Positions 17,630-24,960 of a DNA stretch of 32,000 nucleotides are shown here, piece after piece. The stretch's first letter is position 1; every line of letters begins with the position of its first letter. The notes beneath the pieces were generated by a model, which was given only the letters and a program-made list of their open reading frames with translations, was not told the origin of the DNA and searched no databases. Origin of the DNA: Copranaerobaculum intestinale (lineage in GTDB: Bacteria > Bacillota_I > Bacilli_A > Erysipelotrichales > Erysipelotrichaceae); contig NZ_WUUQ01000002.1 in NCBI RefSeq assembly GCF_009831105.1, forward strand, positions 240,001-272,000. Direction: 5' to 3'. Both the position numbers and the translations under genes were made by a program.

Positions 17630-17779
17630 ATGAAAAAATTAATTGTTGGATTTTCAGTTGTGGCTGTTTTGGCAGGATGTTTTATAGTGAATAATTCAGA
17701 AAATAATGAAATATCTACTAAAACAAGTGATAGAAGTGGTGGATTAATTGCTGATAGAAGTGGTGGATTAATTGCTTAA
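17630..17779 (+). CDS. Secreted pro-peptide 1 (49 aa): MKKLIVGFSVVAVLAGCFIVNNSENNEISTKTSDRSGGLIADRSGGLIA
   Basis: This ORF is not in the supplied track; I translated it by hand. An AAAGGAGGG RBS sits 10 nt upstream. The peptide has an MKK start, a hydrophobic signal sequence with an LAGC lipobox, and a duplicated C-terminal octapeptide. A terminator lies downstream at 17892. Confidence 0.6.
   Translation: MKKLIVGFSVVAVLAGCFIVNNSENNEISTKTSDRSGGLIADRSGGLIA
17729..17776 (+). repeat. Perfect 24-bp tandem duplication (GATAGAAGTGGTGGATTAATTGCT x2) encoding DRSGGLIA twice
   Basis: 17729-17752 is identical to 17753-17776, and the stop codon follows directly. Confidence 0.95.
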
Positions 17780-17891
17780 TTATCGTTGATTGCGTAGAAG
17801 GTATCTCAAATCTCACATACGCGGGTGGAACCCATGTTCACATCTACATATAGCTGGGGAGCTAAACTTACAATCGAACATGGTGAAAAGC

Positions 17892-17918
17892 AGGACTTAG
17901 GGAGAGTCCTCTTTTTTT
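17892..17918 (+). terminator. Rho-independent terminator ending cassette 1
   Basis: AGGACT-tagggag-AGTCCT hairpin followed by C and a T7 run. Confidence 0.7.
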
Positions 17919-18044
17919 ATATTTGGACTTTTTCGCCGATTTTTGCAGACAAGGGACAAAATCATGAAAGACTGCATGTCCGACTGCTATACGCAGACAA
18001 AGTGATTATGTTAAAATAAACAAAATGGGAAAGAGGGAGTTTGA

Positions 18045-19346
18045 ATGATAGAGAATACGGATTATTTCCTCGCAGTAGGTGCTTTAATTGAGTGTGAACG
18101 TATTCGTCAGAAGAAACTGGCATCGGATCACAAGCCCTTCAATCAAGAATCTTTCTGCGAGCATATTTGTGATACCAAAACATATCGGCGCATGAGTGTT
18201 GAGAAAAGGGAAATCAATCATCGCTTCTATGGTCAGTTGCTACAGCGGTTGGGACTTCAAATGGCCTACGACGATGAACTTTATAAAAAGCTGCATGTAC
18301 GTTTGGCCAATTTAAACGATGCCATAACCAAATATAATTTACATGACATCGAGGAAATCTACGGGAAAATAGAAAATCTTATCGGGGACTGTCACCCGGA
18401 TATTTACTTTCAATATATCCGCTGGATCACAACCCTGCTTACCAATTATTATTTACATAATCAGTTTCCAAGTCTGGAGGAAATGCAGGTGCTCTTACAA
18501 ATATGTATGGGATTTCCTAGGGATGTACGCGATATGATGATGGATTTGATTTTTAAATACTATCGGCTTCATACCACATCCAATCAGGATTATTTTTCAT
18601 ATATTAAAAAATTTCCGTATGAATCCAGCACCTTTCTTCCAAATCGAATAAATTATATACAGTCTATTCATGACCGAGATGACTTTGATCAATTTACCGC
18701 GCTGTCGAATGAATTGATACCTATACTGGAAAGTACCCGTAATTATTTTCGTCTGATTGATGTTTATGACTTACAGATTACGGCAATGTATTATACCGAC
18801 CGTATTCATGTTGAGGATGTCATAACAAAAGCGGATAATAATGTGACTTCCTTATTTGAAAAATATAAATACAAAGCAGATATGCCAATCAAAAAGATTG
18901 AATGGCCATTAAAGCGTAAAATATCACAATATACATATCATAAGGGATGCATTTTATTTTTACTGAAAAATTATGAGCAGGCTATCCATATCCTGAGTGA
19001 ATATCTGTTGAATAATCAAATGATGGAGGTTCACAGCAAGGTGATGCTAATAAGCTGTTATCATCATCTTCATCAAAAAATTCCTTCCGCTTATCTGGAA
19101 TTGCATCACCATACAGATGATCAGAAATTTTTGAATATGCACACGTATTTTCAAATGAAGTATCTTCATGATGAACAATTGATTACGCTAAACAACTACT
19201 TGGAATATGAGGTCTTACCGCTGGTAATGCCGGAAGATGATGTACTGATCCGGGTTCTCACGTATGAGTTAAGTTTAAATGCGAAGAATAACCGCGGCTA
19301 TGTATTATTTCATCATTTCTTTGAAAAACTAGGCATGACGCAATGA
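18045..19346 (+). CDS. RRNPP-like regulator 2 (paralog of regulator 1)
   Basis: Aligns with regulator 1 over its full length. Matching blocks include YFLAVGALIECER / YLITIGTLIGYER, FCEHIC..TYR / FCEGIC..TYR, LGLQMAYDDELYKKLHVRLANLNDAITKYNL / LGYEMIYDDDLYKEINYRLQNLNDAIEKYDL, MPEDDVLIRVL / LPEDTLLIRIL and FFEKLGM / FIEKMGL. A GAGGGAG RBS precedes the start. Confidence 0.6.
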   Translation: MIENTDYFLAVGALIECERIRQKKLASDHKPFNQESFCEHICDTKTYRRMSVEKREINHRFYGQLLQRLGLQMAYDDELYKKLHVRLANLNDAITKYNLHDIEEIYGKIENLIGDCHPDIYFQYIRWITTLLTNYYLHNQFPSLEEMQVLLQICMGFPRDVRDMMMDLIFKYYRLHTTSNQDYFSYIKKFPYESSTFLPNRINYIQSIHDRDDFDQFTALSNELIPILESTRNYFRLIDVYDLQITAMYYTDRIHVEDVITKADNNVTSLFEKYKYKADMPIKKIEWPLKRKISQYTYHKGCILFLLKNYEQAIHILSEYLLNNQMMEVHSKVMLISCYHHLHQKIPSAYLELHHHTDDQKFLNMHTYFQMKYLHDEQLITLNNYLEYEVLPLVMPEDDVLIRVLTYELSLNAKNNRGYVLFHHFFEKLGMTQ

Positions 19347-19412
19347 AAATTCCCTAATTTATGAGAATGTTAGGATTTTTTACCGGTTCTGTATTTTAGG
19401 TATTTTACCGTC

Positions 19413-19441
19413 TGGAGACCGTCTTTTCCTTTCTTTATGAT
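19413..19441 (+). promoter_or_regulatory. Candidate activator-dependent promoter of pro-peptide 2
   Basis: A weak -35 TGGAGA, a 17-nt spacer, then TATGAT within CTTTATGAT. The geometry is the same as upstream of pro-peptide 1. Confidence 0.4.
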
Positions 19442-19466
19442 AGAGATGGAAAGGAGGAGACATATT

Positions 19467-19592
19467 ATGAAAAAGTTGTTGATAAGTGTCTTTGCGGTAC
19501 TGCTTGCCGGTGGTCTGTTGAGTGGGGAAGCTTTACAGCCAAAGCAGGAACAGAAGGTTATGGTGGATCGTTCGATTTCTGTAATTTTCTAA
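19467..19592 (+). CDS. Secreted pro-peptide 2 (41 aa): MKKLLISVFAVLLAGGLLSGEALQPKQEQKVMVDRSISVIF
   Basis: This ORF is not in the supplied track; I translated it by hand. An AAAGGAGGAG RBS sits 6-7 nt upstream. The peptide has an MKK start and a hydrophobic signal peptide. Its C-terminal DRSISVIF parallels DRSGGLIA of pro-peptide 1. Confidence 0.6.
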   Translation: MKKLLISVFAVLLAGGLLSGEALQPKQEQKVMVDRSISVIF

Positions 19593-19692
19593 ATACATTC
19601 GCCTCAGGTGAAGAAAAGAGGGTGATATGCCTTCTTTTTCTATTTGAAACTGGGCGTTTATACCTGACGAATCTGGGTAGGTAACATAGGTT

Positions 19693-21780
19693 ATGTCAGG
19701 GGGTGATAGTATCGCTACAGGATATTTACAGGTACAAACCTTCATCGCCGATCAGGCTATGCCAATTGCCAATGTAACCATTCGTGTATATAAAGTTAAT
19801 AATAACGAGGTTGTGTTTGAAGATTATTTCATGACTGATCAGGAGGGAAGTACCGAAATTATTGCGCTATATGCACCGGATCGCGATCTTTCTTTAGAGG
19901 AAAGCAATGATTATCGGCCATATGAACAATATAATGTAGAAGCTCGAATCATTGGATTTGAATCAGAAGAGCGCATCGGTGTACAAATTTTTGCGGGGGA
20001 GCGCTCTGAATTGTTTTTTTCGCTTGTTCCCACTCGCATCAGAACCTCTACCGAACGTAATGTCAATACCATAGAAGACCACCATCTGCTGACGAACTAT
20101 GGGGGAAATAATACCGGACAATCGATCCGTGATAATTTCAATGAAGGTGATGTGCAGCCGTTTGTATTAGATCAGGTAATCATTCCCAGAAAGATTACCG
20201 TTCATTTGGGGAGACCGACTGCCAGCGCTGAAAATGTTACAGTGGACTTTATTTATTATATTAAGAATGTTTGCAGCTCTGAAATTTATCCGACGTGGCC
20301 GTATGAGGCGCTTCGGGCGAATATCTGGGCACAGATTTCACTTGCATTGAACCGGATTTATACGGAGTGGTATCGAAGCAAAGGATATAACTTTGATATA
20401 ACCAATAGTACAGCATATGATCAGGCATTTGTGAAGAACCGTAATATTTATGATACAGTGTCCGTTATTGTTGATGACGTATTCAACCAATATATTCAGA
20501 AATCAAATTTCCATGAACCATTTTATGCAGAATATTGTGACGGCAAGATTGCGACATGTCCTGGCATGAAGCAATGGGGTACGCTGGATCTGGCCAACCG
20601 CGGTTATGATTCACTGCAAATTTTAAAATACTATTATGGGGATAATATTAAGATCGTGGAGTCTAACAATATTCAGGATGTTTCCGGATCATATCCGGGC
20701 ACACCGCTGCGTTTAGGCAGCAGTGGACAGGAAGTCTTTATGATTCAGGAATTTTTGAATGCGATTGCAGTTAATTATCCGAATATCAAACCGATTTATC
20801 CGGTAGACGGTAATTTTGGACAGTCTACAGAAGATGCGGTGAAAGTATTCCAGCGGCAGTTTAATCTTACTCCGGATGGCATTGTCGGCAAAAATACATG
20901 GTATAAGATATCCTTTATCTATGTGGCAGTGCGCAAGCTTGCTGAATTAACGAGTCTTGGCCGTGAGGAAGATGCATTCAGCGGTGAATGGCCAGGAGTT
21001 GTGCTACGTATCGGTGATAAGGGTGTGAATGTACAGCAAGTGCAGTTCTATCTGTCTTCGATCGCACAGTTCTATCCGCAGATTCCCGATGTAACGATTG
21101 ACAGCCGTTTCGGTACACAGCTGGAACGTTCAGTTCTGGCTTTCCAGAAGGCCTTCAATCTGATTCAGGATGGTATCGTAGGGCAGGGTACATGGAACCG
21201 TATTTTTGAGGTATTCTCAACTTTAGAATCAACAGTGACACCGCCTTGGACACCGCCTCCGTATCCTGGTTTTACAATTTCTGAAGGTGCGTCCGGAAGT
21301 AATGTAGAGGCCTTGCAGGGAGCACTGAATCTGGTATCTCAGCAGTACACAAATCTGCCGGTCATTGTCGCAGACGGCTATTTCGGTCCGTCTACTACCA
21401 ATTCTGTAAAGGATTTCCAGCGTACTTTTGGACTGACTGTGGATGGCATTGTCGGACAGGAGACATGGAATAAGATATTCAAGACAGCTCTGGAAGTGGA
21501 TCAGGGGGATCTTCCTTCGCAGGGACTGCCGCCGTTTCCGGGAACCGTTTTACGCGTTGGTTCTACCGGCAACGATGTCCAGCTGATGCAGACAAGGCTA
21601 AAAACGATAGCGATTTATTATAAAACCATACCGGATATTACCGCTGATGGAATTTTTGGCAGCTCAACTCGCAATGCGGTCATTGCGTTTCAGCGGCTGA
21701 TGGGACTGGAAGCAGACGGAGTTATCGGGCAGCAGACTTGGTATCAGATAAATAAGGTATTCGAGGAATTGACAACCTAG
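19693..21780 (+). CDS. Peptidoglycan-binding protein: CarboxypepD_reg-like N-domain, SpoIID/LytB-like central region, 4x PG_binding_1
   Basis: GYLQVQTF...IANVTIRVYK...TDQEGST resembles a carboxypeptidase-regulatory fold. YIKNVCSSEIYPTWPYEALRANIWAQISLALNRI resembles the SpoIID signature. Four ~75-aa repeats carry the G..V..LQ..L....DG.FG..T..AV..FQ....L..DG.VG..TW pattern. There is no N-terminal signal peptide. The start codon is uncertain. Confidence 0.75.
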   Translation: MSGGDSIATGYLQVQTFIADQAMPIANVTIRVYKVNNNEVVFEDYFMTDQEGSTEIIALYAPDRDLSLEESNDYRPYEQYNVEARIIGFESEERIGVQIFAGERSELFFSLVPTRIRTSTERNVNTIEDHHLLTNYGGNNTGQSIRDNFNEGDVQPFVLDQVIIPRKITVHLGRPTASAENVTVDFIYYIKNVCSSEIYPTWPYEALRANIWAQISLALNRIYTEWYRSKGYNFDITNSTAYDQAFVKNRNIYDTVSVIVDDVFNQYIQKSNFHEPFYAEYCDGKIATCPGMKQWGTLDLANRGYDSLQILKYYYGDNIKIVESNNIQDVSGSYPGTPLRLGSSGQEVFMIQEFLNAIAVNYPNIKPIYPVDGNFGQSTEDAVKVFQRQFNLTPDGIVGKNTWYKISFIYVAVRKLAELTSLGREEDAFSGEWPGVVLRIGDKGVNVQQVQFYLSSIAQFYPQIPDVTIDSRFGTQLERSVLAFQKAFNLIQDGIVGQGTWNRIFEVFSTLESTVTPPWTPPPYPGFTISEGASGSNVEALQGALNLVSQQYTNLPVIVADGYFGPSTTNSVKDFQRTFGLTVDGIVGQETWNKIFKTALEVDQGDLPSQGLPPFPGTVLRVGSTGNDVQLMQTRLKTIAIYYKTIPDITADGIFGSSTRNAVIAFQRLMGLEADGVIGQQTWYQINKVFEELTT
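20692..21762 (+). repeat. Four tandem PG_binding_1 domain-encoding repeats within the CDS
   Basis: Repeat units start near 20692, 20990, 21262 and 21535 (YPGTPLRLG, WPGVVLRIG, YPGFTISEG, FPGTVLRVG). They are diverged at the DNA level. Confidence 0.8.
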
Positions 21781-21783
21781 CAG

Positions 21784-21814
21784 AAACAGATCCGTAATCA
21801 GCGGATCTGTTTTT
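21784..21814 (+). terminator. Rho-independent terminator
   Basis: CAGATCCG-7 nt-CGGATCTG hairpin followed by a T5 run. Confidence 0.8.
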
Positions 21815-21887
21815 ATAAGTTGGTGTCTTAATGGGTAAAAAGGAATATTTGATGCTATAATAAGGGCATATTAATGGAGGTATGGAT

Positions 21888-22874
21888 ATGCCAAATATTA
21901 TTACGCATAAGATTTTCGGAGAAGAGGTTGTGAAAAAGCTTCAGGAGGAGCATAAGGATGAACTGAAAAAAATCATTGCCCGTAATCCCCAGCTTTTTTA
22001 TATCGGTACCAACGGTCCGGATTTCCTGTTTTTCTATAATGCGAAGCCGTGGCAGGGACTTGGCTCTCATTCTGTCAGCGGAATTGGAAATCAACTGCAT
22101 CGCGGAAATGTGAATAGTTTTTATACAGAAGCGATCAAAGAAATTCAAAAGCAGCATGATCTGGCAATCAAGGAACGGATGACAGCTTATTTGCTTGGTC
22201 ATTTATGTCATTGGGCATTGGATAAAGTCACGCATCCCTACATTTTCTACATGACCGGTAACTGCAAGGGACAGTCCAATTCCTGGCATCACCGTTTTGA
22301 ATCCATGATGGATACCAAGATGCTGAAACGCTATCATCATACGCGTATTTCCGGTTATCCTTTCTATAATATCTGTGCATATGACCGGGATATGTTACAG
22401 GCGATCGCCCGTATTTATGTACCGGTTGTTAATCGCATATTAGATCAAAAGATTAGCGTTTATGATATTCACAAGGCGCTGGATGACTGGATGGATGTGC
22501 AGAAGCTGCTGTTTGATCCTACCGATACTAAATTTCATATCATTCAAAAAGTGGAAAAGGTGGTACGGCCATGGCTGATCAGCGGCAACATTGTGCGGGA
22601 ACAGGAAGATGATACGTATGATGAACTGAATTTGAAACATGCAGTTTGGTATCATCCGTGTGATTTGAGGATCTGTTCCAATGAATCGTTTATCGATCTG
22701 TTTGAAAAAGCGATCGATATTGCAGTAGAGGTAATGGATCATGCGCTGGAATTGATAATTCAAAATCAGGAAGCATCGCTGATCGGAAAAGATTTGCAGG
22801 ATCAGGCATATGATACTGGTATGGCCAGCGGCTATGAAATGCTTCATTTCAAGCCGATATATGAGGAGGATTAA
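21888..22874 (+). CDS. Zinc-dependent phospholipase C-like family protein (cytoplasmic, function unknown)
   Basis: The N-terminus MPNIITHKIFGEEV, plus GPDFLFF and HLCHWALDKVTHPYI, match the His-rich pattern of the PF00882-like family. The GGAGG RBS favours ATG 21888 over the track start 21882. Confidence 0.6.
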   Translation: MPNIITHKIFGEEVVKKLQEEHKDELKKIIARNPQLFYIGTNGPDFLFFYNAKPWQGLGSHSVSGIGNQLHRGNVNSFYTEAIKEIQKQHDLAIKERMTAYLLGHLCHWALDKVTHPYIFYMTGNCKGQSNSWHHRFESMMDTKMLKRYHHTRISGYPFYNICAYDRDMLQAIARIYVPVVNRILDQKISVYDIHKALDDWMDVQKLLFDPTDTKFHIIQKVEKVVRPWLISGNIVREQEDDTYDELNLKHAVWYHPCDLRICSNESFIDLFEKAIDIAVEVMDHALELIIQNQEASLIGKDLQDQAYDTGMASGYEMLHFKPIYEED

Positions 22875-22876
22875 GT

Positions 22877-23821
22877 ATGCAGCTATTTGATTTACATGCC
22901 GATATTGGCTACGATGTTTATGTTCAGCATCAAAAGGGAGAAAAAGACGTGATCGATTCTCGTCATGCTTCAAAGATGAAGGCAGGCGGTATATCCGTCG
23001 TTTGTATGGCATCCTTTTTTGACGGTACTCAGGATTGGGAAACAATGCAGACGATGATTCATGAAACCCGGGTTGAATTGGATCACTCAAAATATTTTAA
23101 GCATATTTTAAGGAAAGCAGATATGCCGGATGCGGATGATTTATCATTACATGCAATCATGAGTGTTGAAGGAATGTGCGGTATCAAAGAGGAACCGGAA
23201 GCAAAAGTGCAGTGGATGTATGAGCAGGGAGTGCGGCTTGCTTCACTTGTATGGAATGAGGAGAATGCTCTAGCGGCTGGAGCACCGCAGGATCCGGCCT
23301 GCGGCTTGAGTGAATTAGGAGTCCGTGTCGTAAAAGCGATGGATCGGCTGAATATGGTGATCGATGTTTCCCATGCGAATGAGAAAACCTTTTGGGATAT
23401 CATGAAGCATACCAAAGGAAAGGTAATTGCTACCCATTCAGATGTCCGCAGCTTGAGCGATCATGCCCGCAATCTAAATGATGATCAGATAAAGGCAATC
23501 TGTGAACGCGGAGGGCTGATCGGTATGAATGCAGTTTATATGTTTGTATCGAAGGATCATCAGCGCTGTGATGTAAATGCGTTGGCTGATCACGCTGCCT
23601 ATATCAAAGAAAGATTTGGAACATCTTATCTTGCCTGTGGTTTTGACTTCATGGATTTCTATGAGGATTCCGTTGAAGATGAAATGGTAGATGGTATGCC
23701 GGATGCCCGTTATGCCCAGGCTTTTCCTAACGCACTGGCAAAACGCGGTTTTACTGAGGAAGAAATCCGGATGGTGTGCTTTGACAACGCCCGCAATCTG
23801 TTTTTAACAACCTTGCCATAA
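22877..23821 (+). CDS. Membrane dipeptidase, peptidase family M19
   Basis: Contains DLHAD (HxD zinc site), VIDVSHANEKTFWD, ATHSDVRSL..HARNLNDDQIKAI..GGLIGMN and the C-terminal FDN..RNL. The start lies 2 nt after the upstream stop. Confidence 0.88.
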   Translation: MQLFDLHADIGYDVYVQHQKGEKDVIDSRHASKMKAGGISVVCMASFFDGTQDWETMQTMIHETRVELDHSKYFKHILRKADMPDADDLSLHAIMSVEGMCGIKEEPEAKVQWMYEQGVRLASLVWNEENALAAGAPQDPACGLSELGVRVVKAMDRLNMVIDVSHANEKTFWDIMKHTKGKVIATHSDVRSLSDHARNLNDDQIKAICERGGLIGMNAVYMFVSKDHQRCDVNALADHAAYIKERFGTSYLACGFDFMDFYEDSVEDEMVDGMPDARYAQAFPNALAKRGFTEEEIRMVCFDNARNLFLTTLP

Positions 23822-23844
23822 TAAAACATCATAAGTATGTATTG

Positions 23845-23875
23845 AAAATGCAGACCGCTCAGTCTGCATTTTTTA
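23845..23875. terminator. Bidirectional terminator between the dipeptidase and the convergent MerR gene
   Basis: AAAATGCAGAC-cgctca-GTCTGCATTTT hairpin with flanking A- and T-runs. Confidence 0.8.
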
Positions 23876-23919
23876 TTATGAATGAATGCTATATGGTCAA
23901 TTCAGAATGGTAAGACTTT

Positions 23920-24774
23920 TTAATCGGACTGTTTTTTTCGGATCGGGAATTGAATCTCGGTAAGCCATTCCTCTGGTGAATCTTTATTCCAAACCCCATC
24001 GATGTAGGATTCCCGCTGATGTCCGATAATTTCATAGCCGCTTTCTTCAATAAATTGTATGATCGCACTGTACGCTTCGGGCAGCCGATAATAAGGACCC
24101 TTGTGCAGTGTGCAGGCGGCAAGCTCGATTTTTGGAAGTCTGGTAAACTGAATGCTGTCTGTATCTTCTTTCAATTCTGTAACTGCCTGACAAATTTGTG
24201 CATCGATATCGGATTCTCGATACGCCTCATCATGATAGATCGTGAAACAATAATCCGGCTCAGCGCATTCACAACCTGCTTTTTCCATTTCCAGCCCCAT
24301 TTGCGGCATTCGATCGAACAGTTCCTGGTAACCGGACATCTGAATCCGCATGGAAGCAATGATTACTTCCGGCAGTGATTTGGTAATTACATGATATCCG
24401 CTGTTTCTAGTATCACGGATCAAGTAGCTTTCAATGCCTGCTATCTTCTTACCCAATTCGGCCATTGATGATAATAGTTCACTCTTTTTCTTCAACAGAA
24501 GCTTTTCTTCTGAAGCACCGTCAATAACCGATTGAATTTCATCCAGGGAAAATCCAATCTCTTTTAGTGCTAGAATCTGATGAAGCTTGGGCAGCTGTTG
24601 AGAAGTGTAGTAACGATAACCGTTGCTTTCATCGATGACATGAGGTTTTAACAGACCTATATCGTCATAATGGCGCAGCGACTTGATCGTTACCTTGTTC
24701 ATTTGGGAAAAGACGCCGATGCGGTAGAGTGCTTCAGGTACTTTCGAGCATTTTGGCAGCTTTTGGTTATTCAT
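23920..24774 (-). CDS. MerR-family regulator with C-terminal GyrI-like effector-binding domain (BmrR/Mta-like)
   Basis: YRIGVFSQMNKVTIKSLRHYDDIGLLKP is a MerR HTH. It is followed by a coiled-coil linker and a GyrI-like C-domain (G.Y..L..AY..I..FIEESGYEI......ESYIDG). An AGGAGGA RBS precedes the start. Confidence 0.88.
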   Translation of the reverse strand: MNNQKLPKCSKVPEALYRIGVFSQMNKVTIKSLRHYDDIGLLKPHVIDESNGYRYYTSQQLPKLHQILALKEIGFSLDEIQSVIDGASEEKLLLKKKSELLSSMAELGKKIAGIESYLIRDTRNSGYHVITKSLPEVIIASMRIQMSGYQELFDRMPQMGLEMEKAGCECAEPDYCFTIYHDEAYRESDIDAQICQAVTELKEDTDSIQFTRLPKIELAACTLHKGPYYRLPEAYSAIIQFIEESGYEIIGHQRESYIDGVWNKDSPEEWLTEIQFPIRKKQSD

Positions 24775-24851
24775 ATCATATCCTCCTATTTCTATTGAAA
24801 GGTCTTATTGAATTTATACAGCTGATAACGGCTTTTACTGCCAAGAAAATA

Positions 24852-24941
24852 TTAGAAAATAGCAGCTGATCGTGATACATGACAAGTGATCCTTTCATTC
24901 ACAAGGAGATGTTGGATTACTTCGGTACAATTTTCCATCAT
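24852..24941 (-). CDS. Possible 29-aa leader ORF (MMENCTEVIQHLLVNERITCHVSRSAAIF) between the MerR-type promoter and the MerR gene
   Basis: A perfect AGGAGG RBS (24951-24946) sits 4 nt upstream of the ATG. The ORF is hand-translated and has no recognisable family, so it could be fortuitous. Confidence 0.25.
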   Translation of the reverse strand: MMENCTEVIQHLLVNERITCHVSRSAAIF

Positions 24942-24960
24942 AATTCCTCCTATTGAGATC

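Noticed and set aside
17825-18019. A 64-aa ORF in the spacer between cassette 1 and regulator 2.
   Set aside because: It starts on a non-ATG codon with no RBS. It runs straight through the terminator hairpin and T-run (17892-17918) and through the promoter region of regulator 2. It has no family resemblance.
15838-19592. The idea that the receptor/peptide cassettes are a phage arbitrium (AimR-AimP) lysis-lysogeny module or part of a mobile element.
   Set aside because: No integrase, recombinase, capsid, terminase or repressor genes occur in or beside the locus within this window, and I saw no flanking direct repeats or att-like sites. Only the AT-rich composition hints at foreign origin.
22440-23090. 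A 216-aa ORF on the minus strand. Similar long antisense ORFs lie at 25252-25740, 29591-30037, 543-890, 8930-9277, 14996-15259 and 30885-31184.
   Set aside because: Each lies entirely antisense to a confidently recognised gene (PLC-like/M19, hpf, sepF, MATE, feoB, DUF2779, divIVA). They have low-complexity or odd composition and no RBS, so they are shadow ORFs.
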